Shown: in pieces, positions 27,107 to 27,693 of the stretch
Layout of the letters: each line of letters opens with the position of its first letter
Position numbering within the stretch: the first letter of the stretch is position 1
Notes under the pieces: model-generated
Told to the model about the DNA's origin: nothing
Database searches by the model: none
What the model saw: the letters and a program-made list of their open reading frames with translations, nothing else
From: a virus
Lineage: Duplodnaviria > Caudoviricetes
IMG/VR virus record: IMGVR_UViG_3300005805_009915
Location: 1-27,693 of that record
DNA: 27,693 bases
Direction: 5' to 3' (one strand)
Program-made: the position numbers and the translations under genes

Positions 27107-27693
27107 GCACTATTTAGTTTCTCTTTTAGAATTTGTTTGAACTTTTCTCTGTCCAGGTCTTGAAGCAGAAACGGAGCAAACTTCCGTGCTTTGAAACTAA
27201 ACTTAGACCAGAGATAATCGTCGCCAAGTTTATCATCAAACTTTGAAATGAACTGGATAAAAGCATCAAGGATGATTATTGATTCCAGAGATAGAGTGCC
27301 GAAGTTATATTCTACCATGAACTTTGGATAACCAGTGTCGCTCATAGTGAATAGGTCTTTCAAGTCTTCTATCTTTTCCAATTCATTCTTAAAATTGTAG
27401 GACATGGACTGGACACTTTTCACATGACGCTTGGTAGCATCAAACGCCTCATCATCCAGCATATCTCCAATCCATGCCCTATCTGCGAGGAAGTTGACTA
27501 TCATGTGCGTCTTTACATCATCACACTTTCTGGCCAACTTCTCAAACTGAAATCTGTCTTTCCGAATCAGAAATGATTCCTTGCTGACATTTTTCGTTTT
27601 ACCATTATACTTGAAGAAATCGTATTTGTCAAGAGTAAAGTGGCTCTTCAAGGCAAGGTAAAGACAGTAAGTCTCGTACCCTGAGAGTTTCAT
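27103..27693 (-). CDS. gp59: Helicase loader gp59 (196 aa)
   Basis: YCLYLALKSHF...YDFFKYNGK...F...RKDRFQFEKLARK; adjacent to gp32. Confidence 0.9.
   Translation of the reverse strand: MKLSGYETYCLYLALKSHFTLDKYDFFKYNGKTKNVSKESFLIRKDRFQFEKLARKCDDVKTHMIVNFLADRAWIGDMLDDEAFDATKRHVKSVQSMSYNFKNELEKIEDLKDLFTMSDTGYPKFMVEYNFGTLSLESIIILDAFIQFISKFDDKLGDDYLWSKFSFKARKFAPFLLQDLDREKFKQILKEKLNSA
27111..27118 (-). promoter_or_regulatory. Late promoter-like box ACTAAATA at the end of gp59
   Basis: TAAATA core just upstream of the sigma70-like promoter of gp32. Confidence 0.45.

Noticed and set aside
26302-27140. Several overlapping ORFs within gp32
   Set aside because: Expected from the higher GC and biased codon usage; no independent signals
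1-27693. Stop-codon reassignment explaining the split genes
   Set aside because: Genes are full length in the standard code, and TAA, TAG and TGA all end conserved proteins at their expected termini

Overview
This window is the tail/baseplate morphogenesis region of a large T4-like (Tevenvirinae/Kyanoviridae-grade, non-enteric) myophage, plus two replication genes. The minus strand from 20729 leftwards reads gp48, gp53, gp27-like hub, a gp5 spike split into two genes, gp25, gp6, gp7, gp8, a two-gene DUF4815/VrlC-like structural protein, a small coiled-coil protein, a heptad-repeat fibre and two small virion proteins. The divergent plus strand reads gp4, gp2, gp54-like, gp26, gp51 and an 892-aa multidomain protein. 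Converging on it from the minus strand are gp59 and gp32. T4-type late promoter boxes, a sigma70-like promoter and a terminator are visible. The standout is the 892-aa tape-measure/hub-position protein. It appears to chain a lambda-R-type lytic transglycosylase, an M15-like peptidase and a circularly permuted SGNH esterase, while gp5 is split and has an unknown helical domain where T4 has lysozyme. This suggests a relocated three-enzyme cell-wall penetration system, possibly able to handle O-acetylated peptidoglycan. All family calls come from motif recognition and synteny; no searches were run.
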